Shown one piece after another: positions 1-9,917 of a stretch of 64,000 nucleotides of DNA. Position 1 is the first letter of the stretch; each line of letters begins with the position of its first letter. The notes beneath the pieces are model-generated. The model did not search any database and was not told the origin of the DNA. It saw nothing but the letters and a program-made list of their open reading frames with translations. Made by a program: the position numbers and the translations under genes. Source of the stretch: an uncultured Porphyromonadaceae bacterium (lineage in GTDB: Bacteria > Bacteroidota > Bacteroidia > Bacteroidales > Muribaculaceae). Where the stretch lies: positions 62,833 to 126,832 of the forward strand of contig CAMWID010000002.1 in assembly GCA_947174235.1 (NCBI GenBank), written 5' to 3'.

Positions 1-1292
1 TAACCGCGTTCGTAGACGATTTCAAAATCATTTCCGAAACGTTTTTTCAATCCTTCAAGAGGGGTGATTTCATACGCCGCTTTCAGAGAAGAGCTACCGC
101 CGCCGACAGTCATCATCTTGATGGCATTCTCACCGATGACAGCAATTTTCTTCCCTTTTGAAGGGTCGAGAGGAAGAATATCGCCTTGGTTCTTAAGTAG
201 TACGATACCTTCGCCGCCGATCTTCCGGCAAGCCGCCTTATGTTCGTCGCTTACCATAGATCCCCAGGGGCGGTTGCGGTTCATGGTCGTACGGAATGTG
301 AGACGCAACACTCTTCTCACCTTGTCGTTAAGCTCGTCTTCGGAATACTTTCCTGATTTGATCCCTTCGAGATATGGATTGGCGAGCCAGTAATTATCGT
401 AAGCATTCGAGACTCCGTTTGTAAGCCCGTTGGTCCAGCTTCCAAATTCCATGTCGAGCCCTCCGGTCACGGCAGTACCGGTGTCGTGTACGGCTCCCCA
501 GTCTGATATTACAGCGCCGTCCCAGTTCCATTCACCTTTAAGGATATCGTTCATGAGGATAGGATTGTAGCTTGCATGTTCGCCACGGAAAAGGTTGTAG
601 CCACCCATAAAGCTCCATGCGCCTCCGTCGATAGCAGCCGCCTTGAATGCGGGAAGGTAAATTTCATACAAGGTTCGGTCATCCACGATAGGATTGGAAG
701 TGTGGCGGTTGATTTCGTTGTTGTTGAGGGCGAAATGTTTTACACATACCGCCACCCCGTTGCTTTGCACTCCTTTTACATAATCAGTTGCCATCACTCC
801 GGCAAGAAACGGGTCTTCACCCATATATTCAAAGTTTCTGCCGCACAGAGGTGTTCTGTAGATGTTGATGCCGGGACCGAGAAGGACGGCTTTGTTGCGG
901 AATCGTGCCTCTTCACCTATGCTTTTCCCATACAGAGACGCCATTTCCGGATCCCAAGTGGCGGCGAGACAGGTGAGTGATGGGAATGCCGTGCAGGAGT
1001 CGTTGGTCCATCCTGCCTGTTCCCATTCGTCCCACAATACTTCCGGACGTACCCCCATGGGACCGTCGGTGCACCATAGTTCAGGTATGCCGAGCCGTGG
1101 AACGCCGGGGGCGCTGAATTTTGACTGGGCGTGGATGATGTTGATCTTTTCCTTCAAAGTCATCCTTGACAGTGCGTCTTCAACCCTTTCTTCAAGGGGT
1201 TTGCTGTCGTCAAGATAGACTGGCGCCGATGCGGAGATAGAGCCGGCTCCGCAAAGAGCTAACGATGAAATTAAAACTGTGAAAAGTTTCAT
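1..1292 (-). CDS. GH3 beta-glucosidase, partial (3' end runs off the window start); BT3314-like member of the beta-1,6-glucan PUL
   Basis: Manual minus-strand translation from ATG at 1292: MKLFTVLISSLALCGAGSISASAPVYLDDSKPLEERVEDALSRMTLKEK...GVPRLGIPELWCTDGPMGVR...GRNFEYMGEDP...CVKHFALNN...GAVISDWGA. Signal peptide plus GH3 motifs (KHF, SDW nucleophile). Missing from the ORF track because there is no stop in the window. Confidence 0.93.
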   Translation of the reverse strand, partial: MKLFTVLISSLALCGAGSISASAPVYLDDSKPLEERVEDALSRMTLKEKINIIHAQSKFSAPGVPRLGIPELWCTDGPMGVRPEVLWDEWEQAGWTNDSCTAFPSLTCLAATWDPEMASLYGKSIGEEARFRNKAVLLGPGINIYRTPLCGRNFEYMGEDPFLAGVMATDYVKGVQSNGVAVCVKHFALNNNEINRHTSNPIVDDRTLYEIYLPAFKAAAIDGGAWSFMGGYNLFRGEHASYNPILMNDILKGEWNWDGAVISDWGAVHDTGTAVTGGLDMEFGSWTNGLTNGVSNAYDNYWLANPYLEGIKSGKYSEDELNDKVRRVLRLTFRTTMNRNRPWGSMVSDEHKAACRKIGGEGIVLLKNQGDILPLDPSKGKKIAVIGENAIKMMTVGGGSSSLKAAYEITPLEGLKKRFGNDFEIVYERG

Positions 1293-1323
1293 GATACCAT
1301 TATTGAGTTAGTAGAGATTTCTG

Positions 1324-1331
1324 CAAAGTTA
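1324..1331 (-). promoter_or_regulatory. Bacteroidetes -7 promoter element (TAACTTTG) for the GH3 gene
   Basis: caaagtta on + strand = TAACTTTG, matching TAnnTTTG, ~30 nt upstream of the ATG. Confidence 0.6.
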
Positions 1332-1409
1332 AACAAATTTCGCGGAAAATAAACTTTCATTTCTCCTTTTCTGCCGTGATGCACTTTATTTTCCCGCCGA
1401 GATATTTGA

Positions 1410-1453
1410 TAAAACCGGCGGCAAGCCGGAATGACTGTACCGCCGGTCAAAAC
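1410..1453 (-). terminator. Rho-independent terminator-like hairpin between SGBP and GH3
   Basis: Minus strand accggcgg...ccgccggt stem followed by tttt. Confidence 0.55.
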
Positions 1454-1501
1454 CTGCTGAAATCTGTTTTTACCTGTTGATTCTTTACCTGTTTGTAGTT
1501 T

Positions 1502-3523
1502 TTATAATTTTATCATGTCGATAGTTCCGTTTGTAACACCTCCGGTGAGGTCGATCGTTATACGATATGTGGCTCCTTCCTCAAGGTTGATTCCGGGAGC
1601 GAGTTCGAAATTCCCAGGAAGAGAGATTAAAGCTGAAGCATTTTCAGTCAGAGTCAATGTGTTGTCTCCGGAAAATTCACCGCCCCAGCCATCCTGCATA
1701 AAGAACTTGAAACTGAGATAGTCAGTGCGGAAACGCACGCCTGTCCATGAGCCTTGTTCCGGTCCGGCTTCTCCTGTGAACTGATAGATGCCGGGGGCTA
1801 TCTGTGCAACACAGTATGCCGCTCCGGGATCCCATCCAAACTGAGAGTTCATACTTGGGGATCCTACTCCCCAGCCCATCATCCAGATCGCGCCGCCGTT
1901 GTCGAATGTAGCCTCTTCGCCATTCCACATCATAATCGCGGAGATTGTTTTTGCCGATTTGTTGATCTTTATTTTATAGTCTCCGTCAACCACATTGATT
2001 TTGAAATCGTTTGAATCCTCGTCAAATGTGAAGTAGTCGGGGTCGGCGTAATATTCGTCAAGACCGGTCAGCCCTGTTATGCCGAGCGTGTCACCTTGTC
2101 TGAATGTCACCGTGCCTTCGTAGGAACTGTTGTCGGATGTGGAAAGTTTTATTCCTCCCACAGTGACAGGTTTCTCTTCAAATTCCTGTTCGCCGGTATC
2201 AACCACGGAAAGCACACCGGCTGAGTTTCCTGCCGAAAGATCTACTGTGAACACATAGACATGATTGGGCTCAAGGTTCTTGCCATCCGCAAGATAGAGA
2301 TTGCCGTTGTCATGACCGTCACTGCCAGTTCCTACTTTTACAATGTCGCTTGTAGAGGTCAGAGCGTCTCCTCCGAATTCACCTCCCCATCCCATTTGAT
2401 GGAAGAATTTGAAGTTGATGCCGTCTGTAGAAACGGTCTGTCCGCCGACAAGGGTGATCTGATATTTCCTGTCGCCTATTGGAGCCATGCACAGGGCGTT
2501 TTCCGTAGTCCATCCGACTTCATTGGAGCCGACGGATGGTTTGCCCACATTGGTGCCGATCACCCAGACAGCCCCGCTGCCGTCTTCATTCAATGTCGCC
2601 GGATCATTTCCGTTGAGGAGGTAGACACGGAAATATTGCATCTGCATGTCGGCGATTATGCGGTATGAACCGGATGCCGGCAGGAATGTCAACGCCCCGT
2701 CATCTTCCTTTTTAAAGAAGTCCGGATCTATCCACCAGTCTGAATAGTTGGGGAAGCCGGAAGGAGTGATAGTCTGCCCGGTGGTGAGTTTAATGTCGGC
2801 ATGAGCGTGAGTGTCGTCTATAGATTCAAACTGGATGTCATTGAACATGAGTTTTGTAAAAGGACTTCCCTCGAACGTATAGGTATTGAAAGACACAGTA
2901 TATTTTCCCGGATTGGCATTTGAGAAAGGTATCGGAGCTTCCGCGCCGACCGTGATGGCATTGCTTACATATCCGAAAGTGAGCTCGTTGCCGTTTTCTC
3001 CCAGTTTCGGAGTCTTTATAAATCCCTTCAATTCCTGAGGCAGACGCTCTGTGAATGAATATACGTACCTCTCTTGTTTTTCCATCGTATATTCCGTGCC
3101 GTCTTCAGCCACGAACGTCAGTGAGGGATAGTCAGGATGTGTCACCATCACTTCATATTCGAGTTCTGTCTTTGTGAAATTGATATTCTGGAGTGAGAGC
3201 ACAAGTGTCGCGCGACCGTCAGGGATGTTGGCGAGATATGGCACGTATATGGCTCCTTCATAATCTTTCCCGTTGTCTTTGGTGCGTATCACGTCTTCGC
3301 TGACCAACTCTTCCCCGAAATATAGCCGGGCGCGAAGTGTGGACAATGGAACTTCAGCGTCTGAGGCATTGATCGTAAATCTGAGACTGTCGCCGAAGCA
3401 GGCGGTTCCCAGTTCGGTTTTTACCCCCATCTGAGGATTGCCGACTTTCCAGTCTTCATCATTACACGATGTCAGTGTTGCAACTGCCGCAAGGGTCAAT
3501 AATGCATATTTTGTCGTTCTCAT
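1502..3523 (-). CDS. Surface glycan-binding lipoprotein (SGBP; DUF5125/DUF5121-like, BT3313-like)
   Basis: Lipobox LTSC; two internal repeats ending FKFFxQxGWGGEF; lies downstream of susD and GH30. Confidence 0.8.
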   Translation of the reverse strand: MRTTKYALLTLAAVATLTSCNDEDWKVGNPQMGVKTELGTACFGDSLRFTINASDAEVPLSTLRARLYFGEELVSEDVIRTKDNGKDYEGAIYVPYLANIPDGRATLVLSLQNINFTKTELEYEVMVTHPDYPSLTFVAEDGTEYTMEKQERYVYSFTERLPQELKGFIKTPKLGENGNELTFGYVSNAITVGAEAPIPFSNANPGKYTVSFNTYTFEGSPFTKLMFNDIQFESIDDTHAHADIKLTTGQTITPSGFPNYSDWWIDPDFFKKEDDGALTFLPASGSYRIIADMQMQYFRVYLLNGNDPATLNEDGSGAVWVIGTNVGKPSVGSNEVGWTTENALCMAPIGDRKYQITLVGGQTVSTDGINFKFFHQMGWGGEFGGDALTSTSDIVKVGTGSDGHDNGNLYLADGKNLEPNHVYVFTVDLSAGNSAGVLSVVDTGEQEFEEKPVTVGGIKLSTSDNSSYEGTVTFRQGDTLGITGLTGLDEYYADPDYFTFDEDSNDFKINVVDGDYKIKINKSAKTISAIMMWNGEEATFDNGGAIWMMGWGVGSPSMNSQFGWDPGAAYCVAQIAPGIYQFTGEAGPEQGSWTGVRFRTDYLSFKFFMQDGWGGEFSGDNTLTLTENASALISLPGNFELAPGINLEEGATYRITIDLTGGVTNGTIDMIKL

Positions 3524-3544
3524 GAGTTTTTTGCTTGAATGTTA

Positions 3545-5038
3545 TCAGTTCCAGGCGTATGATACCGCAGACTTTGAGGGTACTGTTGTTGAGAAATGGT
3601 GTTCCCCGTCTTCCACAGTCACGGTTATAGCCATTGAATTGTTGTTGCTCATCACAAGGGCATAAGAGCCGTCAGTGTTCTTGAACGCTGAGTAGGTGAG
3701 TCCGTTTGTAGTGAATCCTTTTGTGCCTATCCTTACGGCGTCCGGTTTTACCACGCTGCTCATATGGGCGATGATGTAGTAATGTGAGTTTCTTGTCAGG
3801 GTTGTGTAATCCTTGTTGATGTCTACTGCCCCGAAACATGTGGAGCAGCCTCCTGGACGATACGGACCACGGTCTTCGTCAAGCATAAGGTTCCATACGA
3901 TCACACCTTTGCACCATCTGTTGACTGTGCCGAGCGCCACTTGTTCCATGTCGTCAAGAAGCCTTGCGCCAAGATCTCTTCCGTTGTTCCAGGTGCCGAT
4001 TGAAGTCTCCGTGAACACAAGGTCCATACCCGGCGCGGCATTGTGTACAGACACGAGTTCTTCCTTGTCACCGCCGTAATTGTGGTATGCCGCGCCGTCA
4101 AGATACTCGGCAGCTTCCTCGTCAGCATAGATGTTGACCGGATACCCTTTCTGAGATTCGATGTTGTCGTAGTTGTAATTGTGGTCGAAAGCATACACTT
4201 TGACATCGAGGCCGGCATTTTTAAGGGCAGGACCGAGACCGTTCTTTACGAAATCACGTTCCTCTTCCCAGCTCATGTAGCATGATGCGGAGTTGCCACG
4301 GTTCAGAGGTTCGTTCTGTGGGGTTACGGAGAAGATCTCTATTCCGTTCTGTTTGAAAGCCTGCACCCATTTCACGAAATAAGTGCCGTAGTCCTGATAG
4401 TATTTAGGGTTTAGTTGACCGGATGTCCAGCTGTCGAAAGGCTCCAGAGATTCAAGATCCTTGACCTTCATCCATTTCGGCGGGGTCCATGGAGTACCCA
4501 TGATCTTGAGCGAGGGATTGACGGCGAGAATTTCCTTCAGTACTGGTATCACATATTTTGTTTCTTCCTCCGTAAGGGCGAAATTTTCGATCCCTTCTTT
4601 GTCGCAGCATGTATATTCGCTCAGGGAGAAGTCGGAGCATCCTATGGCGATTCTTACATAGCTGAAACCGTAACCGTTGATTGGATCGAATGTCACTTCA
4701 AGGAAAGCCCTGCGGTCTTCAGGTTTCATCTGAAGGAGGTTGTAGCATGTGGAGCCGGTCACCGCGACACCGAACCCGTCCATGGTCTGATACTCCTCTT
4801 CGGGCATAAGGGTGATGCATGTGGGCGACATGTTGTCCTTTTTGCTGAAGGGCAGCCATGATTCCGTAAGGTCTTTCGACCGGTTTGTGGTTGTCGTGAT
4901 CATCCTGACGTCGGAGCCTGAGGCAGGTTCCGGTTCCGCCGAAGGTTGGGGACCTATTTTCACACTGTTGTCGCAGGAACACATTCCGAGTGATCCGAGA
5001 GATATTATTGAAGCGAATAGGATTTTATAATTGTTCAT
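3545..5038 (-). CDS. GH30 (GH30_3-like) endo-beta-1,6-glucanase lipoprotein, BT3312-like
   Basis: Lipobox MCSC; YQTMDGFG, RIAIGCSDFS, TPQNEP (acid/base), FTETS (nucleophile), WNLMLD motifs; PUL synteny. Confidence 0.88.
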   Translation of the reverse strand: MNNYKILFASIISLGSLGMCSCDNSVKIGPQPSAEPEPASGSDVRMITTTTNRSKDLTESWLPFSKKDNMSPTCITLMPEEEYQTMDGFGVAVTGSTCYNLLQMKPEDRRAFLEVTFDPINGYGFSYVRIAIGCSDFSLSEYTCCDKEGIENFALTEEETKYVIPVLKEILAVNPSLKIMGTPWTPPKWMKVKDLESLEPFDSWTSGQLNPKYYQDYGTYFVKWVQAFKQNGIEIFSVTPQNEPLNRGNSASCYMSWEEERDFVKNGLGPALKNAGLDVKVYAFDHNYNYDNIESQKGYPVNIYADEEAAEYLDGAAYHNYGGDKEELVSVHNAAPGMDLVFTETSIGTWNNGRDLGARLLDDMEQVALGTVNRWCKGVIVWNLMLDEDRGPYRPGGCSTCFGAVDINKDYTTLTRNSHYYIIAHMSSVVKPDAVRIGTKGFTTNGLTYSAFKNTDGSYALVMSNNNSMAITVTVEDGEHHFSTTVPSKSAVSYAWN

Positions 5039-5110
5039 GATTTTGGTCTTTATGTCGGGGCGTCATACGGTAGGATGCGCCCCGAGGTCATTGGGTATTT
5101 TTTATTTATC

Positions 5111-6640
5111 TCAATATCCGGGATTCTGGACAAGATTGTCGTTTGCGTCAAGTACTGACTGCGGAATCGGGAGACGGTAGGAATTGGCAGTGAACGGGGT
5201 CTTTTGGGCGTGTCGTCCGCTGTCTTTGGCAAACACGGCGTTCATCACTTCCTCGACCTTGTCAAGACGCACGAGGTCAAACCAGCGTTCACCCTCGAAC
5301 GCGAGTTCGAGACGTCGTTCTTTTAGATAGGCATCGAGAAGAGTTTCTCGGTTCGCACGGGCTGACTGAGGAAGTTTGTTGAGTCCCGCACGTTCGCGTA
5401 TCCTGTCGATTATATCAGCTGCGGCATTCAGATTTTGAGATTCTCCCATTATATAAGCCTCCGCCTTCAGCAGAAGGATATCGGCATAACGGTATTTGAT
5501 ATTTGAAGTATACGCCGAGCGGCATTTATACATGAATGCGTAATTGTCGGAAGGGTAGTAGTTGCTCCATCCGCATTCATAAAACACGATGCTCTCGTTT
5601 TTGCGTATCTTGTCTCCTTCCGCGTCAAAAGCGTTGATGAGGTCTCTGGATGGAGTCACCCATTTCGCCCATGTGAAAGAATAATCCCAGTCTTCGAGGG
5701 TTCTTCCGTACATCCATGACTCCCAGTTGCCTGATCCGGAGGGGTAGTGCACTTCAAGGATAGCTTCTTTCGTGTTCAGTTCAAGAGGCATTGCTGTGAA
5801 ACCGTCTTTTACCGCGCCGTCCACTCCATAGAGATGAGTGAAGTCGTCGATGATGTCGTATCCTGAAGCTGCCAGCTCGTCAGCATATTGAATCACCTTG
5901 TTATAGTCGCGGAGCGGTTTCTCCGCATACACCTTGCAAAGGAGCGCTTTCGCCACATCTTTTGTAAATACGGTCTTGTCTCCGGTGGACGAAGGGGCAT
6001 ATCTCACTGCCTCGAGAAGGTCTTCCTCGATCGCCTGATAAGCCTCGAGTTCTGTGTTCTGTGCCGGGAAATAAGCGGAATATGAATCTTCGATATTGTC
6101 AGCCGTGATGTTTCCCGCTACGGTCTTGATGACAGGTATGTCTCCCCACATCCTCACCATGTCGAACCATATCATGGCACGATATATCTGAGCCTGTGCG
6201 CGGTATGAATTGATTTCGTTTTCCGACAGGCTGCCGTCAGCCACTTTGTCGATGTTCACAATCATTTTTGTGGCATATGCCGCATCGGTCATGAAACGGT
6301 CCCAGTCGCGCGCCACCACGGAGTTGGATCCTTCTATGGAGTTGTCTTCGTAGGGCTGGACTTCCGCACCGGTGGTACCGGCATAGGCATTGTCGGAATG
6401 ACACTCCGCGATGAGCAGTTTGTCGAGATGCCAGTGTTCCTGGCGTCCGCGCAGTTTGCCGTCATACATTGTTGTAAGATAGCTTTCCACCGCTGCACGG
6501 TTTGGAAATACGATCTCTTCCTGATCCTCGGTCACACCTTCGGTCACATCGGAATAGTCTGAAACAGGATCATATTGTGTCGAGCACGCTCCTAACAGGC
6601 ATGCGGCTGCGATCAATCCGGGAATATATAGTTTTTTCAT
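5111..6640 (-). CDS. susD: SusD/RagB family lipoprotein
   Basis: Lipobox LGAC; YRYADILLLKAEA, ERRLELAFEGERWFDLVR, QNPGY end. Confidence 0.95.
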   Translation of the reverse strand: MKKLYIPGLIAAACLLGACSTQYDPVSDYSDVTEGVTEDQEEIVFPNRAAVESYLTTMYDGKLRGRQEHWHLDKLLIAECHSDNAYAGTTGAEVQPYEDNSIEGSNSVVARDWDRFMTDAAYATKMIVNIDKVADGSLSENEINSYRAQAQIYRAMIWFDMVRMWGDIPVIKTVAGNITADNIEDSYSAYFPAQNTELEAYQAIEEDLLEAVRYAPSSTGDKTVFTKDVAKALLCKVYAEKPLRDYNKVIQYADELAASGYDIIDDFTHLYGVDGAVKDGFTAMPLELNTKEAILEVHYPSGSGNWESWMYGRTLEDWDYSFTWAKWVTPSRDLINAFDAEGDKIRKNESIVFYECGWSNYYPSDNYAFMYKCRSAYTSNIKYRYADILLLKAEAYIMGESQNLNAAADIIDRIRERAGLNKLPQSARANRETLLDAYLKERRLELAFEGERWFDLVRLDKVEEVMNAVFAKDSGRHAQKTPFTANSYRLPIPQSVLDANDNLVQNPGY

Positions 6641-6670
6641 TTGAATGTCGTTTTTAAGGGTCTGAGAGAA

Positions 6671-9640
6671 TTAGAATGTCACGTTAAGTCCGAACACGTA
6701 GCTTCTGCATTGGGGATATGTGCCCCAGTCGATACCCTGTACCGCGCCGCTGTTCCCCCATTGGTTCACTTCAGGGTCAAAACCTTTGTATCTGGTGAAA
6801 GTATACACGTTTGAGGCGGTGAAATAGGGTTGTATCTTGGAGATGCCGATTTTTTCCATCCATTCTCCCGTGATATTGTAAGACAAAGAGATGTCTTTGA
6901 TACGCAGATAGCTGCCGTCTTCTATGAAGTATGTGGAGTTCTTCATATCATATCCGGCTTTCGGCACGTCTGTGATCTGTCCGGGGATTCTCCATCGGTT
7001 AAGCACTCTCGTCGTTTGGTTTTTTCCGTCATACATACCCTCTGTTTCCATACGGGACGCGTTGAATATGTCGTTTCCGTAAGATCCTTGAAGGAATATG
7101 CTGAGATTGAATCCTTTCCAGGAAAATGAGTTGGTCATGCCGTAGGTGAAATCAGGGTTCGGATCGCCGATGTAGGTACGGTCGGAAGAGGAAACACGTC
7201 CGTCGCCATTGAGGTCGCGGTACATGAGCTCACCGGTCTCGGGATCAACACCGTCGCTGATATATCCATAGAATCCGCCGAGCGGACGTCCGGGTTCATT
7301 TCGTACCACGTTTTCATTGACATATTCGGATGTCTTTGCATCTGTATATATCTTCTGGAGTGAGAGTTTTGTGAGTTTGTTGCGGTTGAACGACATGTTG
7401 AACTCAGTGTCCCACGAAAATTCACCCTGGAAATTGTGTGAGGTTATCGAGAACTCGAAACCTTTGTTCACCATCTCTCCTTCGTTTCTTTGTATCGTGC
7501 TTGCGGCGGCGGCTCCGGCAGGCAATGATACCCACATGAGCATGTCAGATGTTTTCTTGTAATAATAGTCGGCGGCAAGGTTTATGCGGCTGTTGAGCAC
7601 GGAGAAATCTACGCCGATTCCCCATTGGGTCGTGGTTTCCCATGTGAGGTCGGTGGTGCGGAGGTTTGCCTGTGTGATAGTGGGCACCGCATTTTCCTTA
7701 CCCTCTTCATACCAGGGGATTCTGTTGATGTTGTAACGCTGGAGATACGCGTAGTCGCCGATTCCGCCCTGGTTGCCGGTCTTGCCCCAGCCACCGCGCA
7801 GTTTGAGATCGCTGACCCATGCCACATCTTCCATAAAAGACTCCTGATTGATTCTCCATGCCGCTGAAACAGAAGGGAACGCCTTCCATCTGTGGTCGGG
7901 ATGGAGTTTTGACGAACCGTCATATCGGATATTGGCGGTGACGAGATAGCGGGAGTCATAATTGTATGCCACTCTTCCGAGATAAGACATTATCCCCCAT
8001 TCGGAAGCCGCCGAGCCGGCGCCGTTCAGTCCGATCATGTTTGCGGCGTTGAGGGTCTGTATTTTATCATCACGATAGTGTGATCCGCTGATATAGCTGT
8101 TGCGATAATCGGAATCGGTCCATGAAGATCCCGCCATGATATCTATGGCATGTTTGCCAAACTCGCGTTTCCAGTTCAGGATATTGTCCCAGGTGAGGAC
8201 GGTGTTCTGGTTACGGTTGTCGCTCCCTTCACCGTATTGTTCGCGTCCGCGTGTGGTGGACACGGGGTCAAGGAAAGTGGTGTTCAGTGCGTTTCTGCGG
8301 TCAAGCGTGAATTTGCTTTGGAAGGTAAGACCGGGCATAAACGTGAAAAACAGTTCTCCTGATGCGAGAAGTCTGTTTTCTCTGTTGCGGTTATATTTCT
8401 GTCTGGCTATGTTTTCGATGGGGTGTTGCAGGTTTACACCATAGAAATTGTTGTAATATTGTTCAGGATTCGCAGGATCCCAGACGGGGGCGTAGGTAGG
8501 GGTGTTGATCGTTGACAGAATCACGCCGCCGCGGCTTGCGCCGGTGCCCATCGCGCCGCCCCCGTTTGAGGAATAGTCAGAGTAAGAGACATTGGTTTTA
8601 ACAGTCAGCCATTTATAGAGCTCGCTTTCCACATTCATACGGAAATTGTAGCGTTGGTAGAATGAGGCTTTGATTATGCCGCCGTCGCGCTGGTATCCGC
8701 CTGAGAAATAATACTTAAGTTTTTCTGTGGCTTGTGAAATGCTCACATTATAGTTTTGGGAAGAACCTGTCCTGAAGGTCTCGTCCTGCCAGTCAGTCAT
8801 GTCGGAAAGCCCGTCCGGTACAGCCACGAGTCCTATCTCGTCTTGAAGATCCTTATATTGCTGATAGTTCAACACATCGATTTTCTTTACAATCTCTGTG
8901 AAGCCCCCTTGCACGTTGAGTGTGACCTGAGCTTTCCCTTGTGATGCGTGTTTTGTTGTGATGAGGATCACGCCGTTTGCACCGCGAGAGCCGTAGATTG
9001 CAGCGGCAGAGGCATCCTTTAGAATCTGCATGCTTTCGATGTCGTTTGGCGACAGGAAGCTCAGATTGTCTACCGGCACACCGTCAACCACGTATAGGGG
9101 GTCGTTCGATCCGTTCATTGAAGTGGTGCCCCGCACACGGATGGTCATGCTTCCTCCGGGGGCACCGTTGGGAGATGACACCGCGATTCCTGCAGCCTTA
9201 CCTTGCAATGCCTGTGCCGCCGAGATAATGGGACGGTTGTCGATATCTTTTTCTCCGATTGTCGATACCGCAGTTGTGAGGTCTTTGCGTTTCACCGCAC
9301 CGTATCCGATCACCACCACTTCTTCAAGATTCTCGCTGTCATCCTCGAGAACGACTTTCATGCCTTGCGCGGCTTTCATTTCCCGTGAGATACATCCCAC
9401 GTATGAGAATACGAGAGTGGAGCCTTCAGGAACAGAAAGTGAGAAATTTCCGTCGATGTCGGTGGAGGTTCCGATTTTTGGATTCCCTTTTACTCCGACT
9501 GTGACGCCGATTAGAGGCTCGTCTGTTTTGTCAGTCACGGTTCCCGAAGCTGTTATGTCGGCGGCAGACGCTGACATCCGGCAGGTCAGGAACATGACTA
9601 AAAATAGAGCCAATGATAGAAGATTTGACTTCGTTTTCAT
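6671..9640 (-). CDS. susC: SusC/RagA TonB-dependent transporter
   Basis: Start trimmed to MKTKSNLL at 9640; plug motifs PLYVVDG, LKDASAAAIYGSRGANGVILITTK; ends GLNVTF. Confidence 0.95.
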   Translation of the reverse strand: MKTKSNLLSLALFLVMFLTCRMSASAADITASGTVTDKTDEPLIGVTVGVKGNPKIGTSTDIDGNFSLSVPEGSTLVFSYVGCISREMKAAQGMKVVLEDDSENLEEVVVIGYGAVKRKDLTTAVSTIGEKDIDNRPIISAAQALQGKAAGIAVSSPNGAPGGSMTIRVRGTTSMNGSNDPLYVVDGVPVDNLSFLSPNDIESMQILKDASAAAIYGSRGANGVILITTKHASQGKAQVTLNVQGGFTEIVKKIDVLNYQQYKDLQDEIGLVAVPDGLSDMTDWQDETFRTGSSQNYNVSISQATEKLKYYFSGGYQRDGGIIKASFYQRYNFRMNVESELYKWLTVKTNVSYSDYSSNGGGAMGTGASRGGVILSTINTPTYAPVWDPANPEQYYNNFYGVNLQHPIENIARQKYNRNRENRLLASGELFFTFMPGLTFQSKFTLDRRNALNTTFLDPVSTTRGREQYGEGSDNRNQNTVLTWDNILNWKREFGKHAIDIMAGSSWTDSDYRNSYISGSHYRDDKIQTLNAANMIGLNGAGSAASEWGIMSYLGRVAYNYDSRYLVTANIRYDGSSKLHPDHRWKAFPSVSAAWRINQESFMEDVAWVSDLKLRGGWGKTGNQGGIGDYAYLQRYNINRIPWYEEGKENAVPTITQANLRTTDLTWETTTQWGIGVDFSVLNSRINLAADYYYKKTSDMLMWVSLPAGAAAASTIQRNEGEMVNKGFEFSITSHNFQGEFSWDTEFNMSFNRNKLTKLSLQKIYTDAKTSEYVNENVVRNEPGRPLGGFYGYISDGVDPETGELMYRDLNGDGRVSSSDRTYIGDPNPDFTYGMTNSFSWKGFNLSIFLQGSYGNDIFNASRMETEGMYDGKNQTTRVLNRWRIPGQITDVPKAGYDMKNSTYFIEDGSYLRIKDISLSYNITGEWMEKIGISKIQPYFTASNVYTFTRYKGFDPEVNQWGNSGAVQGIDWGTYPQCRSYVFGLNVTF

Positions 9641-9747
9641 GTCTGTTGGTTTTATGAGTTTTATGGTTTCTTGCTTCTTTTGCAGGATTCGGCATAGGTT
9701 GCGAATGTTCAATCCAGAGTATGTGGATATAGCAAAATCCGGTGATG

Positions 9748-9755
9748 CAAAATTA
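9748..9755 (-). promoter_or_regulatory. -7 promoter element (TAATTTTG) for the susC operon
   Basis: caaaatta on + strand. Confidence 0.55.
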
Positions 9756-9774
9756 GGCTGATAAAGCCATATCT

Positions 9775-9790
9775 GTATCACCGGGTAAAT
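9775..9790. promoter_or_regulatory. Candidate operator copy 1 (GTATCACCGGGTAAAT)
   Basis: 15/16 identical to 11727-11742; upstream of the susC promoter. Confidence 0.45.
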
Positions 9791-9917
9791 AGATAAAGTA
9801 AATGGGTCTAAAATGTAAAATTGTGTGCTATAGTATATTGATATTGCGTATGGAGGCTAAGAAAGTAAATGTGGTTTTCATGGGAAGCAAGTTGTCATGC
9901 AAATGAATCGCTCCTTT

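Noticed and set aside
9641-9781. N-terminal extensions in the ORF track for susC (to 9781), GH32 (to 29349) and GH3 (to 57411)
   Set aside because: The extensions overlap promoter elements and precede clear signal-peptide starts, so downstream ATGs were used.
9737-9786. Invertible promoter at susC
   Set aside because: The inverted copies are imperfect (10/12) and only 26 bp apart, too short to hold a full promoter, and no invertase is present.
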